Part shown: positions 27,378 to 38,483 of the stretch, in pieces
Layout: each line of letters starts with the position of its first letter
Numbering within the stretch: position 1 is the stretch's first letter
Origin: Candidatus Dormiibacterota bacterium
Lineage (GTDB): Bacteria; Chloroflexota; Dormibacteria; Aeolococcales; Bog-877
Length of the DNA: 64,000 nucleotides
Assembly: GCA_035534755.1 (NCBI GenBank)
Contig: DATLRH010000005.1
Span: 83,881 to 147,880 of the forward strand
Direction of reading: 5' to 3'
Made by a program: the position numbers and the translations under genes
Notes under the pieces: model-generated
The model's input: only the letters and a program-made list of their open reading frames with translations
What the model was told of the DNA's origin: nothing
Databases searched by the model: none

Positions 27378-28874
27378 ATGCGCTGGTCTGAACTGGCGGC
27401 TGCGATCGGCCAGCCGGCCCTACCGGAGGCGGTCGGCAACCCCGAGGTGACCGCGATCGCCTACGACTCGCGACGCTCCCTCCCAGGCGCGGTCTTTGTG
27501 GCAGTTCCGGGCCAGCACTACGACGGCCACGACTTCGTCGATGCCGCCCTTGCGGGCGGCGCCGTCGTCGCCGTGGTGGAGCGCCCCCTGACTTCAGATT
27601 CTGCCGATCGACTAGTAGTCGTACCATCCGCCCGGTTCGCGCTGGCGGCGCTGGCGGCCAGCTTTTACAACCACCCCTCCCAGGCGGTCCCGGTCGTCGG
27701 CGTTACTGGGACCGACGGGAAGACCACGACCACAACCATGCTGCACGCTGCCCTGAGCGCCGCACTGGGCACGGTTGGCAGCCTGAGCACGGTAGATTTC
27801 CGAGTCGGTCAGGCGATCGAGGCCAATCTCAGCCGACAGACCACCTTGGAATCACTGGAGCTCCAGTCCTGGATGCGGCAGATGGTCGACCAGGGTTGCC
27901 GGGCGATTGCCCTCGAGGCAACTTCACATGGATTGGCGCTCGGTCGGCTGAACGAGATCGAATTCGCGGGTGCCGTGTACACCAGCATCACCCACGACCA
28001 CCTGGACTTTCACCGCTCCTGGGAGGAGTACTTCCAGGCCAAGGCCTCGCTCCTGGATCGGGCCGTCAGCTCCGGGGGCTTCGCCGTGCTCAATCGGGAC
28101 GATGCGCGCGCCTACCCTCGGCTGCTCGCGCGAGCAGGTTCGCGAACCCTCAGCTACAGCGCCAGCGGCGACCCCAGCGCCGACCTCCGAGCCGAGCGGG
28201 TCACCCCTCAGGGACAGGGGATCGAATTCAGGGCGATGACCCCGGCCGGTCCGGCCCCAGTCCACCTAAAGACCCCGGGGCGCTGGAACGTGGGCAACGC
28301 CCTGGCCGCGCTTGGGGCGGGCCTCTTGCTCGAACAGCCCCTGGCGCCCCTAGTTGACGGCCTGGCTGAGCTCCCTGCCGTGCCCGGACGGATGGAGGCC
28401 GTCGACCTGGGCCAGGCCTTCACCGTCATCGTCGATTACGCCCACACGCCAGAAGCCCTCACCCTGACCCTTCACGAGCTGCGTTCGGCCACCGCCGGTC
28501 GGCTCTGGGTGGTCTTCGGGAGCGCCGGGGAGCGCGACCTCGCCAAGCGCGGGGAGATGGGCAGAATCGCGGCCCAGCTGGCAGACCAGGTCGTGCTCAC
28601 CTCGGAGGACCCCCGCGGGGAGGACCCCTCGGCGATCATCGATGAGATCTGGGCGGGGGCTCTGGCGGCGGGAGCCGAGCCGGGCAACGACCTGCATCGC
28701 GACTCCGACCGCAGCCAGGCGATCCGGCTGGCCATCGGAAGTGCAATTCCGGGAGACACCGTGCTCCTGGCCGGAAAGGGCCACGAGCACAGCATCATCG
28801 GCGCCACCGGGGCAGTACCGTGGGATGAGCGGGAGGCAGCGGAGACTGCGTTGCGGGAGCTGAGGGGACTGTGA
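27378..28874 (+). CDS. murE: UDP-N-acetylmuramoyl-tripeptide ligase MurE-like Mur ligase
   Basis: N-terminal AYDSRRSLPGAVFVAVPGQHYDGHDF; P-loop GVTGTDGKTTTT; C-terminal TSEDPRGEDP resembling the MurE DNPR/EDP motif; stop overlaps the hutH start. Confidence 0.75.
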   Translation: MRWSELAAAIGQPALPEAVGNPEVTAIAYDSRRSLPGAVFVAVPGQHYDGHDFVDAALAGGAVVAVVERPLTSDSADRLVVVPSARFALAALAASFYNHPSQAVPVVGVTGTDGKTTTTTMLHAALSAALGTVGSLSTVDFRVGQAIEANLSRQTTLESLELQSWMRQMVDQGCRAIALEATSHGLALGRLNEIEFAGAVYTSITHDHLDFHRSWEEYFQAKASLLDRAVSSGGFAVLNRDDARAYPRLLARAGSRTLSYSASGDPSADLRAERVTPQGQGIEFRAMTPAGPAPVHLKTPGRWNVGNALAALGAGLLLEQPLAPLVDGLAELPAVPGRMEAVDLGQAFTVIVDYAHTPEALTLTLHELRSATAGRLWVVFGSAGERDLAKRGEMGRIAAQLADQVVLTSEDPRGEDPSAIIDEIWAGALAAGAEPGNDLHRDSDRSQAIRLAIGSAIPGDTVLLAGKGHEHSIIGATGAVPWDEREAAETALRELRGL

Positions 28875-30475
28875 GAAGGGGGTCTGACCGAGGCGAGGGC
28901 AGCGGCGCCACCAACGACCCTACGTCGCCTCCCGAAAACCCGAGGGCTGTGAGCCTGGGGGCAGAGGGGGTCGGGCCTGCTGCGGTGGTCGCAGTCGCGC
29001 GCGAAGGCGCTCGGGTGGAGATCTCTGCGGCGGCGACCAATGCCATGAAGAAGGCCCGATACCTGGTGGACCGGGCCGGCAGCAGCCCTGACGCGGTCTA
29101 CGGAGTGTCGACTGGATTCGGGCTTCTGGCTACCACGAGGATCGATCCGGACCGCCGATCCGAACTCCAGCATGCGCTGATCCGATCCCATGCCGCCGGT
29201 ATGGGTGCGCCCGTCGAGGAGGAGGTGGTGCGGGCGATGATGCTGCTACGTGCCCGCACCCTGTGCATGGGCTTCTCGGGGAGCCGGCCGGAAGTCGCGG
29301 AGGGGTTGGTGGCTCTGCTCAACGCAGGGATCACTCCGGTAGTTCCCGAGCACGGCTCCCTGGGAGCCAGCGGCGACCTGGCACCGCTGGCCCACATGTC
29401 CTTGGTGCTGATCGGCGAGGGTCGCGCCCAGCTGGGCGACGGTCGGACCTTGACTGGGGGGCAGGCCCTCCGGGAGTGCGGGCTGACTCCGCTCACCTTA
29501 GAGGTGAAGGACGGACTAAGCCTGATTAACGGGACCGATGGAATGCTAGGGATGCTAGTCCTGGCCCTCGCCGACCTGGCCATCCTCTTGCCCACCGCCG
29601 ACCTCGCCGCCGCCCTCTCGATCGAAGGGCTGATGGGCACCGACCGGCCCTTCGCAGCCGAGCTCCACCAAATCCGGCCGCACCCGGGCCAGATGCAGAG
29701 CGCCGCCAACCTCCGACTTCTCCTCCAGGGATCGCCCCTCCTGGCCTCGCACCGGTCCTCCCCCCACCTAGTCCAGGACCCTTATTCGATCCGCTGCGCC
29801 CCCCAGGTGGTGGGGGCCGCCCGTGACACCGCCGAGTTCGCTCGCCAGATCGCCGACCGTGAGCTTCGAGCAGCGGTCGACAACCCAGTTGTGCTTCCCG
29901 ACGGGCGGCTGGAGTCGACCGGGAATTTCCACGGCGAGCCGCTCGCCTTTGCCTGCGACTTCCTCAGCATCGCCGCCGCCGAGGTCGCTGCGATCGCCGA
30001 GCGGCGGGTCGACCGACTCCTCGACCCGGCCCGGTCTGCCGGGCTGCCCCCCTTCCTGGCTCCCGAGGCCGGTGTCAACTCCGGGCTCATGATCGCTCAG
30101 TACACCGCCGCCGCCATCGTTGCCGAGAATCGCCGACTTGCCAGCCCGGCGAGCGTCGACTCGATCCCCACCTCGGGGATGCAGGAGGACCATGTCTCGA
30201 TGGGATGGGGCGCCGCCCGCAAGCTCCGACTCGTGGTGGCCAACCTCTCCCGGGTGCTCGCCGTGGAGCTCCTGGCGGCCTCCCGGGCGGTGGAACTGCG
30301 AGCCCCGGTGGAGCCCTCCCCGGCTGACGCGGCGGTTGCCCAGCTGGTCCGCCAGCTGGGCGGAGGAGTGGGGCCGGACCGCTTCCTATCGCCGGAGCTG
30401 GAGGCGGTCGCTAACGCCGTCCGCTCGGGTGACGTGCTGCGCCGAGCCGAGCAGCTCGTGGGTCGACTGCGGTGA
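28871..30475 (+). CDS. hutH: Histidine ammonia-lyase
   Basis: [15 protein letters not shown] (Ala-Ser-Gly MIO-forming motif) and full-length HAL similarity. Confidence 0.9.
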   Translation: MRRGSDRGEGSGATNDPTSPPENPRAVSLGAEGVGPAAVVAVAREGARVEISAAATNAMKKARYLVDRAGSSPDAVYGVSTGFGLLATTRIDPDRRSELQHALIRSHAAGMGAPVEEEVVRAMMLLRARTLCMGFSGSRPEVAEGLVALLNAGITPVVPEHGSLGASGDLAPLAHMSLVLIGEGRAQLGDGRTLTGGQALRECGLTPLTLEVKDGLSLINGTDGMLGMLVLALADLAILLPTADLAAALSIEGLMGTDRPFAAELHQIRPHPGQMQSAANLRLLLQGSPLLASHRSSPHLVQDPYSIRCAPQVVGAARDTAEFARQIADRELRAAVDNPVVLPDGRLESTGNFHGEPLAFACDFLSIAAAEVAAIAERRVDRLLDPARSAGLPPFLAPEAGVNSGLMIAQYTAAAIVAENRRLASPASVDSIPTSGMQEDHVSMGWGAARKLRLVVANLSRVLAVELLAASRAVELRAPVEPSPADAAVAQLVRQLGGGVGPDRFLSPELEAVANAVRSGDVLRRAEQLVGRLR

Positions 30476-32127
30476 GCGGGCCCCGCCCGGTGCGCGCGCC
30501 CCGGGGGAGCGAGCTGAGCTGCAAGGGCTGGCCCCAGGAGGCCGCCCTACGGATGCTGATGAACAACCTCGACCCCGAAGTTGCCGAGAACCCCGACCAG
30601 CTGGTCGTCTACGGGGGCTCTGGTCGGGCCGCCCGCTCCTGGGACGCATTCGACGCCATCGTCCGAGCTCTGCGCCAATTGGAGACCGACGAGACCCTGC
30701 TGGTTCAGTCCGGCAAGCCGGTGGGCGTCTTCCGCACCCACGAATGGGCTCCCCGAGTGCTGATCGCCAACGCCCTGCTGGTTCCCCAATGGGCGACCCA
30801 GGAGGAGTTCCGGCGCCTCGAACTCGAGGGGCTGACGATGTATGGGCAGATGACCGCCGGTTCGTGGATCTACATCGGGACCCAGGGCATCCTCCAGGGA
30901 ACGTACGAGACCTTCGCCGCCATCGCGGCCAAGCGCTTTGGCGGCTCCTTAGCCGGAACCGTGACCCTGACCGCCGGACTGGGTGGGATGGGCGGCGCCC
31001 AACCGCTGGCAGTGACCATGAATGGCGGCGTTGCGCTGTGCATCGAGGTCGACCCCGAGCGGATTCAGCGCCGGCTCGACCACCGCTACCTGGACCGCTG
31101 GGCTCCCGACCTGGACGCGGGGCTAGCGCAGGCGGAGGCCGCGCGAGGATCCCGCGAGGCGGTTTCGATCGCCGTCTTGGGCAATGCGGCCGAAGTCGTG
31201 CCTGAGATCGTGAGGCGCGCCGTCCCGGTCGACATCGCGACCGACCAGACGCCCGCTCACGACCCGCTGATGTACCTCCCACGCGGGCTCACCCTCCAGG
31301 AGGCGGCCGACCTCCGGCTGGAGGATGCCGCCGACTACATCCGAAGGAGCCGGGAGTCGATGGCCAGGCACGTGGGCGCGCTCGTTGAGTTGCTCGACCG
31401 CGGTGCCGAGGTCTTCGACTACGGGAACAGCTTGCGGGCGGAGGCGGAGCTGGGGGGCTGCCAGAGGGCCTTCGACTACCCGGGATTCGTTCCCGCCTAC
31501 ATCCGGCCCCTCTTCAGCGAAGGGAAGGGCCCCTTCCGCTGGGCGGCCTTGAGCGGAGACCCCCGCGACATCGCCGCCACTGATCGCGCCGCCCTAGAGG
31601 AGTTCCCCGAAAACGAAGCGCTGGCGCGGTGGATCCGGCTTGCCTCGGAGCGGGTCGCCTTTCAGGGGCTACCCGCCAGGATCTGTTGGCTCGGGTACGG
31701 GGAACGGGACCGGCTCGGGCTGCGCTTCAACCAGATGGTGGCCACCGGCGAGCTGCGGGCGCCGATCGTGATCGGCCGGGACCACCTCGACTCGGGCTCG
31801 GTCGCCTCCCCCTACCGGGAGACGGAGGCGATGCAGGACGGCAGCGACGCCATCGCTGACTGGCCAATCCTGAACGCCTTGCTCAACACATCCAGCGGCG
31901 CGACCTGGGTGTCTGTCCACCACGGCGGCGGGGTGGGCATCGGCCGGTCCATCCACTCTGGGCTGGTGGCGGTGGCCGACGGCTCCGAGCTGGCCGCCCA
32001 GAAGCTGGCGCGCTGCCTGCTCAACGATCCCGGTACCGGGGTGATGCGGCACGCCGACGCTGGCTACCCCATCGCCCTCGAAACGGCGGCCAACCGAGGC
32101 GTCCGGATACCCATGCAGGAGAGCTGA
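30472..32127 (+). CDS. hutU: Urocanate hydratase
   Basis: 551 aa; conserved urocanase N-terminus ([26 protein letters not shown]) and NAD-binding core. Confidence 0.9.
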   Translation: MSGPRPVRAPRGSELSCKGWPQEAALRMLMNNLDPEVAENPDQLVVYGGSGRAARSWDAFDAIVRALRQLETDETLLVQSGKPVGVFRTHEWAPRVLIANALLVPQWATQEEFRRLELEGLTMYGQMTAGSWIYIGTQGILQGTYETFAAIAAKRFGGSLAGTVTLTAGLGGMGGAQPLAVTMNGGVALCIEVDPERIQRRLDHRYLDRWAPDLDAGLAQAEAARGSREAVSIAVLGNAAEVVPEIVRRAVPVDIATDQTPAHDPLMYLPRGLTLQEAADLRLEDAADYIRRSRESMARHVGALVELLDRGAEVFDYGNSLRAEAELGGCQRAFDYPGFVPAYIRPLFSEGKGPFRWAALSGDPRDIAATDRAALEEFPENEALARWIRLASERVAFQGLPARICWLGYGERDRLGLRFNQMVATGELRAPIVIGRDHLDSGSVASPYRETEAMQDGSDAIADWPILNALLNTSSGATWVSVHHGGGVGIGRSIHSGLVAVADGSELAAQKLARCLLNDPGTGVMRHADAGYPIALETAANRGVRIPMQES

Positions 32128-33500
32128 TGCAGCTCTGGCTGGCGGAGCTGGCCTGGACCGGGACGAGCCTGGTCCCCCGCCTCCTCCTGGAAGAGGAGGC
32201 GGGCCGCTTCAGTCGAGTCGAAGAGCTTGGTACGGGCCTGATCCCCCCGGGCGCGAAGGTGCTCTCCGGACTCACCCTGCCGGGGTTAGCGAACGTGCAC
32301 TCCCACGGATTCCACCGGGCCCTGCGCGGGCGCTCCGAAGAGGCCCAGGGAGGAGGGGGGAGCTTCTGGGAATGGCGCCGACGCATGTACACCCTGGCCG
32401 GATTCCTGACCCCGGACGACTACTTCGGCCTCTGCCGGGCCGCCCTCGGGGAGATGGCCCTGGCGGGCATCACCGCAGTCGGCGAGTTCCACTACCTGCA
32501 CCACCGGCCCGGGGGCCACCCCTACCCGCGCCCGGAGATGGAGGAGGCAGTGATCGCTGCCGCCGAGGAAGCCGGCCTGCGGTTGACCTTGCTCGACACC
32601 TGCTACTTGCGACCCGGCTTCGACGGTGGCCCCCTGGAAGGGGCGGCGCTGCGTTTCTCCGACCGCGACGCTCAGGCATGGGCGCGCCGGGCCGACGGGC
32701 TGGCGGACGGCCCCCGGCTCCGCCTTGGCGCCGCCATCCACAGCGTCCGGGCGGTTGCACCAGACGCGATCCGGGTGGTGGCGGATTGGGCCAAGGATCG
32801 GGGTGCGCCCCTTCATCTCCATCTCTCCGAACAGCCCGAGGAGAATCTAGCCTCCCTGAGATCTACCGGGATGACCCCGACCGAGCTGATCGATTCGTGC
32901 GGGGTGCTTGGACCGCAGACGACTGCGGTACACGCAATCCACCTCACCCCGACCGACATCCGCCGCCTGGGACAGACCGGGACCGGCATCTGCGTCTGCC
33001 CCACCACCGAGCGCGACCTCGGTGACGGGGTCTGCGCGGCCGACCAGCTTCAAGCGGCTGGGAGCCCACTCTGCCTCGGGAGTGACAGCAACGCCGTGAT
33101 CGACCTCTTCGAGGAGGCCCGGGCGGTCGAGCTCGACCGCCGCCTAGTCACCGGCGGGCGCGGCTGGCTCAGCTCCTCCGCCCTCTTGCGGGCAGCGACG
33201 GCCCAGGGGATGGCCGCCCTGGGTTGGAACTCCGGGGAACTTCGTCGGGGCACCCTCGCCGACTTCGCCACCCTGAACCTTTCCAGTCCCCGACTTGCCG
33301 GTGCTGGGCTAGCGGATTTGCTTCCCAGGGTCGTTTTCGGCGCTGGGGCAGGCGACGTGCGCTCGGTCGTGGTTGGCGGAGAGCTGGTGGTCGAGGAAGG
33401 GCACCACGTCGGCCTGGGCAGCGTGGCGGAGAAGTTAGGGGTGGTGCTGGAGGCGCTCGAGCCCTCCTGGCAGAGGGCGCTCGCAGAGCTGGCCGGGTGA
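32127..33500 (+). CDS. hutF: Formimidoylglutamate deiminase (amidohydrolase superfamily)
   Basis: GLANVHSHGFHR metal-binding motif; ~457 aa; position between hutU and hutI. Confidence 0.7.
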   Translation: MQLWLAELAWTGTSLVPRLLLEEEAGRFSRVEELGTGLIPPGAKVLSGLTLPGLANVHSHGFHRALRGRSEEAQGGGGSFWEWRRRMYTLAGFLTPDDYFGLCRAALGEMALAGITAVGEFHYLHHRPGGHPYPRPEMEEAVIAAAEEAGLRLTLLDTCYLRPGFDGGPLEGAALRFSDRDAQAWARRADGLADGPRLRLGAAIHSVRAVAPDAIRVVADWAKDRGAPLHLHLSEQPEENLASLRSTGMTPTELIDSCGVLGPQTTAVHAIHLTPTDIRRLGQTGTGICVCPTTERDLGDGVCAADQLQAAGSPLCLGSDSNAVIDLFEEARAVELDRRLVTGGRGWLSSSALLRAATAQGMAALGWNSGELRRGTLADFATLNLSSPRLAGAGLADLLPRVVFGAGAGDVRSVVVGGELVVEEGHHVGLGSVAEKLGVVLEALEPSWQRALAELAG

Positions 33501-34693
33501 GCACCCTTCTCGCCGGGGTGGGTCGGCTCTTCACCTCCGGGCGACCGGTCGAGGAGGACATGGAAGTACTCCTCGACGATGGCGTGATCACCGCCATCGG
33601 GAAGAGTGGGACTTTGGCGGTGCCCACCGAGGCCCAGGTCTACGACTGCCAGGGAGCGCTCCTGACTCCGGGGCTGATCGACGCTCATACCCACCCCGTC
33701 TACGCCCGCCCCCGGCTGACCGAGATCGCCGAGCGGGCAGCCGGGGCGGGATACGCCGAGATCGCGACTCGGGGCGGCGGAATCAACTCCACCGTGCGGG
33801 AGACCAGGAGGACGCCCTGGGCCGAGCTCGAGGCTGGGCTGCGGAGCCGACTGCACCTATGGCTCGCCTGGGGGACCACCACCGTGGAGGCCAAGTCCGG
33901 CTACTGGCTCGAGCGGGAGGGCGAGCTCCGAGCACTGCAGCTCCTGGCGCAGCTGGCAAACCAGCCCGACCTGCCCCGGCTGGAGGTGACCTTCCTCGGC
34001 GCCCATGGGCTGCCGGTCGAGTCGCAGGGCAGGCGCGCAGAGTTTGTCACCGAAGTGGCGAGCTGGTGCGCCGACGCCCGGCTCGCAGGAGCCCGCTTCG
34101 CCGACGTGTTTTGCGATCAGGGGGCCTTCACGGTGGCCGAAGCCGGACGCCTGCTGGGGGCCGCACGCGAGGCCGGGTTGGAGCTGCGAATCCATGCGGA
34201 CGAGCTGGCCCTGAGCGGCGGAACCCAGCTCGCCGTCGAGCTGGGAGCGACATCGGCCGACCACCTCCTATGGTTGAGGACTGAGGACGTTGTCGCTCTG
34301 GCCGGCTCCGCGACGGTTGCAACCCTGTGCCCAGTGACCGCCCTGAACTTGGGGCGGAACCCCCCAGCCCGGGAGCTGCTGGCCGCCGGCGTCCCGGTCG
34401 CCCTCGGCACGGACCACAACCCGGGTACCTCGGGGGCCACCTCGATGAGCCTGATTGTGTGGTTGGCGATCACCGAGCTGGGGCTGAGCGTGGAGCAGGC
34501 GCTGGCGGCCGCCACCAGCGGGGGGGCTCGGTCGCTCGCGCTCCGGGATCGGGGCCGGATCGCCGTCGGACTGTCCGCAGATTTGGTCCTCTGGGACACC
34601 GACCATGAGGCTGGCTTCGCCTGGAATCCCATTCTCAGGCCGCTCCAAGTCTGGCGCGAGGGCCGGCGCGGCCCGGACCAGCCGGCCGGCTGA
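33497..34693 (+). CDS. hutI: Imidazolonepropionase
   Basis: GLIDAHTHPV and GTDHNPGTS amidohydrolase motifs; GTGA overlap with hutF. Confidence 0.85.
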   Translation: MSTLLAGVGRLFTSGRPVEEDMEVLLDDGVITAIGKSGTLAVPTEAQVYDCQGALLTPGLIDAHTHPVYARPRLTEIAERAAGAGYAEIATRGGGINSTVRETRRTPWAELEAGLRSRLHLWLAWGTTTVEAKSGYWLEREGELRALQLLAQLANQPDLPRLEVTFLGAHGLPVESQGRRAEFVTEVASWCADARLAGARFADVFCDQGAFTVAEAGRLLGAAREAGLELRIHADELALSGGTQLAVELGATSADHLLWLRTEDVVALAGSATVATLCPVTALNLGRNPPARELLAAGVPVALGTDHNPGTSGATSMSLIVWLAITELGLSVEQALAAATSGGARSLALRDRGRIAVGLSADLVLWDTDHEAGFAWNPILRPLQVWREGRRGPDQPAG

Positions 34694-34723
34694 GCGGGCT
34701 GCGGGCTAGATGGGGGGTCCCAA

Positions 34724-35335
34724 TTAGTCGGCCGGGAGCCTCACAAACCTGAGCAGGCGGCTATGCCCGACGGGGTCCACTCGGAGGTCGCCCAGCCCTC
34801 CGCTTTCCGCTCGTTCCATAAGCCCTTCGGTCAAGGACACGGCGGGGCCGACGTGGACCATCCCCTCGCCGCCGGGTCGCAGCAGGCGGCGGGCGATTTG
34901 GAGCAGATCGAGGGCGGGGAGGGCGGCCCGGGAGACCAGCACGTCGGCCCGCTCGAACCCCTGGCTGCGGGCCAATTCCCGAGCGTCCCGGGCGAACACC
35001 CTCACTCCGATCAGCCCCAGCTGTCCCAGGCAGTGGAGCAGAAACGTGGCCTTGGCAAGGTCGCGCTCGATCAGCCCCACCGAGAGCTGGGGCGCGGCGA
35101 TCGCGAGCGGGATTCCCGGCAGTCCGCCGCCGCTGCCGAGGTCGAGGACGCGCTCTGAGGGCGCCCAGTTGCGACAAGAGACCAGGTCCAGAGACTCTTC
35201 GATGTGGCGCGCCCAGGCGTCGGACCGCGCCACCCGAGTCAGGTTGACGTGATTGGATTCCGCGTACAGCAGATCGAGGTAACGCTCCAGCAGGCGTCGC
35301 TCCGGCAGGCTCGGGGGGAGTCCCGCGGGCCTCAC
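34724..35335 (-). CDS. rsmG: 16S rRNA (guanine527-N7)-methyltransferase RsmG/GidB
   Basis: VLDLGSGGGLPGIPLAIA SAM-binding motif and RsmG-specific N-terminus. Confidence 0.8.
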   Translation of the reverse strand: MRPAGLPPSLPERRLLERYLDLLYAESNHVNLTRVARSDAWARHIEESLDLVSCRNWAPSERVLDLGSGGGLPGIPLAIAAPQLSVGLIERDLAKATFLLHCLGQLGLIGVRVFARDARELARSQGFERADVLVSRAALPALDLLQIARRLLRPGGEGMVHVGPAVSLTEGLMERAESGGLGDLRVDPVGHSRLLRFVRLPAD

Positions 35336-35435
35336 GGCGCGGCCCTTGGGGGATCCCCCTCGCCAAGTCGGGCGTCGGCCCGAGTGAGCTGCCCGGCTAA
35401 CCAGAGCGCACTGACAGGGGCGGCGGGCGGCGCGA

Positions 35436-36350
35436 TCAGCTGAGCACGTCGTTCCGACTCAACGACGCCATCGATATCGACAACAGAAAGACCCACCAGG
35501 CGGCGATCACGAGCGCCGTCTCAAGCAGGGAAGTCGGCACCGCGGGGACGTTTAGTGTGCTCACCTGGGACGTGCTTTGGACCTGCAGGAGCGTGGGGAG
35601 GTGATTGAGGTTGGGACCGAAGAGAAACGCGGTCGCGTCCTCCCAGAGCCGCGACCTAGTGATCCCGGTCAATTGGGCAAGGGCAGCTGAGAGGCCGTTG
35701 TCGACGGGGAAGAAAAGCAGGGCGAGCACCATGCCGCTGGTGACCGAGCGTAGCAGCGACGCCATCGCCACCGAAAGCAGTACGCAGGAGAACTCACTCA
35801 CGGCGCAGGCGGCGATGGCCAGGCCGGCGTTTTCCCAGGCGGCCGCCGGCAGGCTTTGGAGCGGTGCCAGCGACCCCACCTGATGCTGCACCGCGAGCGC
35901 GGTCCCGATTGCCGAAAGGGCGACGAACCCTACCAGCAGCAGGAGCGCGTACAGGGAAAGCGCGGTGATCTTGGCCAACAGCAGCTGGTGCCGTCGGGTT
36001 CCCCGGGAGAAGATCACTCGTACCGTGCCCAGGTCGTACTCCATCCCAAGGAGACGGGCACCGCTGAGCAGGATCGCCACGCCGCTCCCGGCCGCCAGGA
36101 ATAGTTGCAGTGGGTGGAGGGCGTTGTAGAAGCCGGTCAGGGGATGGTGTCGGAACGACGCCTGGAACTGCTGCTGGGTCGCGAAGAGGACCATGACCAG
36201 GGCCAGAAAGAGTAGGCCCAAAAGGGTGATCACCCAAGTGGGCCGGTTGCGCCGGAGCTTGAACAACTCTCCCCTCAAAGCACCCCGGAAGGTGGGCCGG
36301 GCAGGGCGGGACTGAGGCAGGGTCAGCGCCGGAAGGGAGTGAGAGCTCAC
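35436..36350 (-). CDS. ABC-2 type transporter permease
   Basis: Six predicted TM helices; overlaps the upstream ATPase gene by 4 nt. Confidence 0.6.
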   Translation of the reverse strand: MSSHSLPALTLPQSRPARPTFRGALRGELFKLRRNRPTWVITLLGLLFLALVMVLFATQQQFQASFRHHPLTGFYNALHPLQLFLAAGSGVAILLSGARLLGMEYDLGTVRVIFSRGTRRHQLLLAKITALSLYALLLLVGFVALSAIGTALAVQHQVGSLAPLQSLPAAAWENAGLAIAACAVSEFSCVLLSVAMASLLRSVTSGMVLALLFFPVDNGLSAALAQLTGITRSRLWEDATAFLFGPNLNHLPTLLQVQSTSQVSTLNVPAVPTSLLETALVIAAWWVFLLSISMASLSRNDVLS

Positions 36351-37267
36351 CGGTCTTCGCCGGTGAGCTCAAGGAAGATCTCTTCCAGGTCGCGCTGCTG
36401 GCGACCGATCCCGTCCGGGACGAATCCGGCCCGGCTGAGCACGGTGTTCAGCTCTCGGCCGATTCCGCCCGGAGCCTCGGTGACGATCCGCCCCTGAGCA
36501 TCCAGCCGGGCGCCCTGACCCCAGGGTTGGCAGTGGAGAAGGTCAAGAGCTCCTTGGGGATTCTCCACCTCGACCACGAAAGGCCCGGAGGCATCCCGGA
36601 AATCCTCGATCCGACCGACCTGGATCAGCTGTCCCCGGCGAAGAATGGCTACCCGATCGCAGAGTCTCTCAACCTCGCCCAGCACGTGGCTGGAGATAAA
36701 TACGGTCTTGCCAGAGTCGCGAAGTTCGCGGAGCAAGGAGCGGATCGACCTGATTCCGGCCGGGTCGAGACCGTTGGCGGGCTCGTCGAGTACGAGCAGC
36801 TCGGGATCGTGGAGCAGAGCCACAGCAAGCCCCAGCCGCTGTTTCATGCCCAGTGAGTAGGTACCGACCTTGTCGCGCTGCCTATCTCCCAACTGAACCA
36901 GCTCCAAGAGCGCCTCCAGCCGCGCCGCGGGCACTCCTCCCAGAGGCGCGGCAAAAGCGGACAGGTTGTCCCGCCCGGACAGATGGAGGTAGAGGGCGGG
37001 AGTCTCCACCAATGGCCCGACCTTGGGCAGGACTGACTCCGCATGGCGGGCGACATCCTGGCCGAATACCTCGACCCAACCCGAAGTGGGGCGAATCAGC
37101 CCCAGGGCCATCCGCATGGTGGTTGTCTTGCCCGCCCCGTTCGGACCCAGAAATCCGAAGATCTCGCCCGCGCGGACTTCGAGATTGAGGTGGTCGACCG
37201 CGACCTTCGATCCGAAGCGCTTGCTCAGGTCGTGGGCGGCGAGCACCGTCGGGGGTTGGGGCCCCAT
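36347..37267 (-). CDS. ABC transporter ATP-binding protein (start uncertain; ORF is open to 37471 with a Pro-rich N-terminal extension)
   Basis: Walker A GFLGPNGAGKTTT, signature LSGGMKQRLGLAVAL, Walker B LLVLDEPANGLD. Confidence 0.8.
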   Translation of the reverse strand: MGPQPPTVLAAHDLSKRFGSKVAVDHLNLEVRAGEIFGFLGPNGAGKTTTMRMALGLIRPTSGWVEVFGQDVARHAESVLPKVGPLVETPALYLHLSGRDNLSAFAAPLGGVPAARLEALLELVQLGDRQRDKVGTYSLGMKQRLGLAVALLHDPELLVLDEPANGLDPAGIRSIRSLLRELRDSGKTVFISSHVLGEVERLCDRVAILRRGQLIQVGRIEDFRDASGPFVVEVENPQGALDLLHCQPWGQGARLDAQGRIVTEAPGGIGRELNTVLSRAGFVPDGIGRQQRDLEEIFLELTGEDR

Positions 37268-37501
37268 CCGGGGACCGGAGCTAGGCGGGGCTGAGCCCGC
37301 CCCGACCTCCTGGTCCGGACCAGAGGGCGCCTCGGATTCGAGCTCCTGCGCGGCGGGATCCCCGGTACCCACCGGCCCATCATCGGACTTTGGCGGCCGA
37401 GGGAGTCGGCCCGGCGGGGCCTCAGGAGAGACCGGCGACCGGCCTCCTACTGACCCGCAGGCTGTTGACACGCCGAGCCAGGCCCCGGTAGCGTCCCCGC
37501 C

Positions 37502-38098
37502 GTGCTGACCGCTGCCGCCTCGGTGCGCCCCAGGCCGGTTCTCGCCGACCTCCTCCCCGGGGAGAGGGTGCGAGACCTGCTCGTGGTCCTCGGTTACGCG
37601 GGGTTAGTGGGGATCTCGGCCCAGTTGGTGATCCGGCTGCCGTTCACCCCCGTCCCGATCACCGGCCAGACCTTCGCCGTGCTGCTCGGCGGCCTGGCGG
37701 TGGGAACGCGGCGGGGCGCCCTCGGGATGCTTCTCTACTTGGCGCTGGGGCTGGCCGGAGTCCCATGGTTCGCGGGCGGGTCCCACGGGATCTCCATCCT
37801 CTCGGCGCCCAGCTTCGGTTACCTGGTTGGGTTCGTCTTCGCGGCCTGCGTCTTGGGCTCGCTGGCCCGCGCCGGCTGGGACCGCAACCCCCTGACCGTG
37901 CTTCTGGCCCTGGTCGCCGGAAATGTGGTCATCTACCTTTTTGGCGCCACCTGGCTCGCCTGGCGCCTCCACGTGGGAGCCTCCGAAGCCCTCACGCTCG
38001 GGGTGACCCCGTTCCTAGTGGGTGACGCCCTGAAGGCGGCTTTGGCGGCGGCATTGTTACCAGCCGCCTGGAAGCTGTCCGGCCGTTCCCGGGGCTAG
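37502..38098 (+). CDS. bioY: Biotin transporter BioY
   Basis: PITGQTFAVLLGGLAVGTRRGALGMLLYLALGLAGVPWFAGG typical of BioY. Confidence 0.8.
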   Translation: MLTAAASVRPRPVLADLLPGERVRDLLVVLGYAGLVGISAQLVIRLPFTPVPITGQTFAVLLGGLAVGTRRGALGMLLYLALGLAGVPWFAGGSHGISILSAPSFGYLVGFVFAACVLGSLARAGWDRNPLTVLLALVAGNVVIYLFGATWLAWRLHVGASEALTLGVTPFLVGDALKAALAAALLPAAWKLSGRSRG

Positions 38099-38111
38099 AG
38101 ACCCGACCGGG

Positions 38112-38483
38112 TCAGTAGAGACCCAGCTCCAGCTTGGCCTCATCGGAGGCCATCGTGTGCGGGTCCCACGGCGGGTCCCAGATCAGGTCGACCTTGACGT
38201 CCCGGATCCCGGGTAGGAACTGAGTGGCGGAGTGAACCTGGGACTCCAGCATGGGTCCCATCGGGCAGTAGGGAGTTGTCAGGGTCATCGAGACTACCGC
38301 GTCGCCATCCCGGTCCACCACAACCCGGTAGACCAGCCCCAGGCTGACGATGTCCAACCCCAGCTCGGGATCGATCACCTCGCGCAGTGCTTCGCGGATA
38401 TCGTCGCCAGTCGCGATCGGGCCGGAGGCCGGCTGCACCGCTGTATTGGTCGCTACTGTTTGGTCGATCTCTGGTTCAGCCAT
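38112..38483 (-). CDS. sufT: SUF system Fe-S assembly protein SufT (DUF59/MIP18 family)
   Basis: IREALREVIDPELGLDIVSLGLVY...TLTTPYCPM DUF59 signature; last gene of the suf operon. Confidence 0.7.
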   Translation of the reverse strand: MAEPEIDQTVATNTAVQPASGPIATGDDIREALREVIDPELGLDIVSLGLVYRVVVDRDGDAVVSMTLTTPYCPMGPMLESQVHSATQFLPGIRDVKVDLIWDPPWDPHTMASDEAKLELGLY

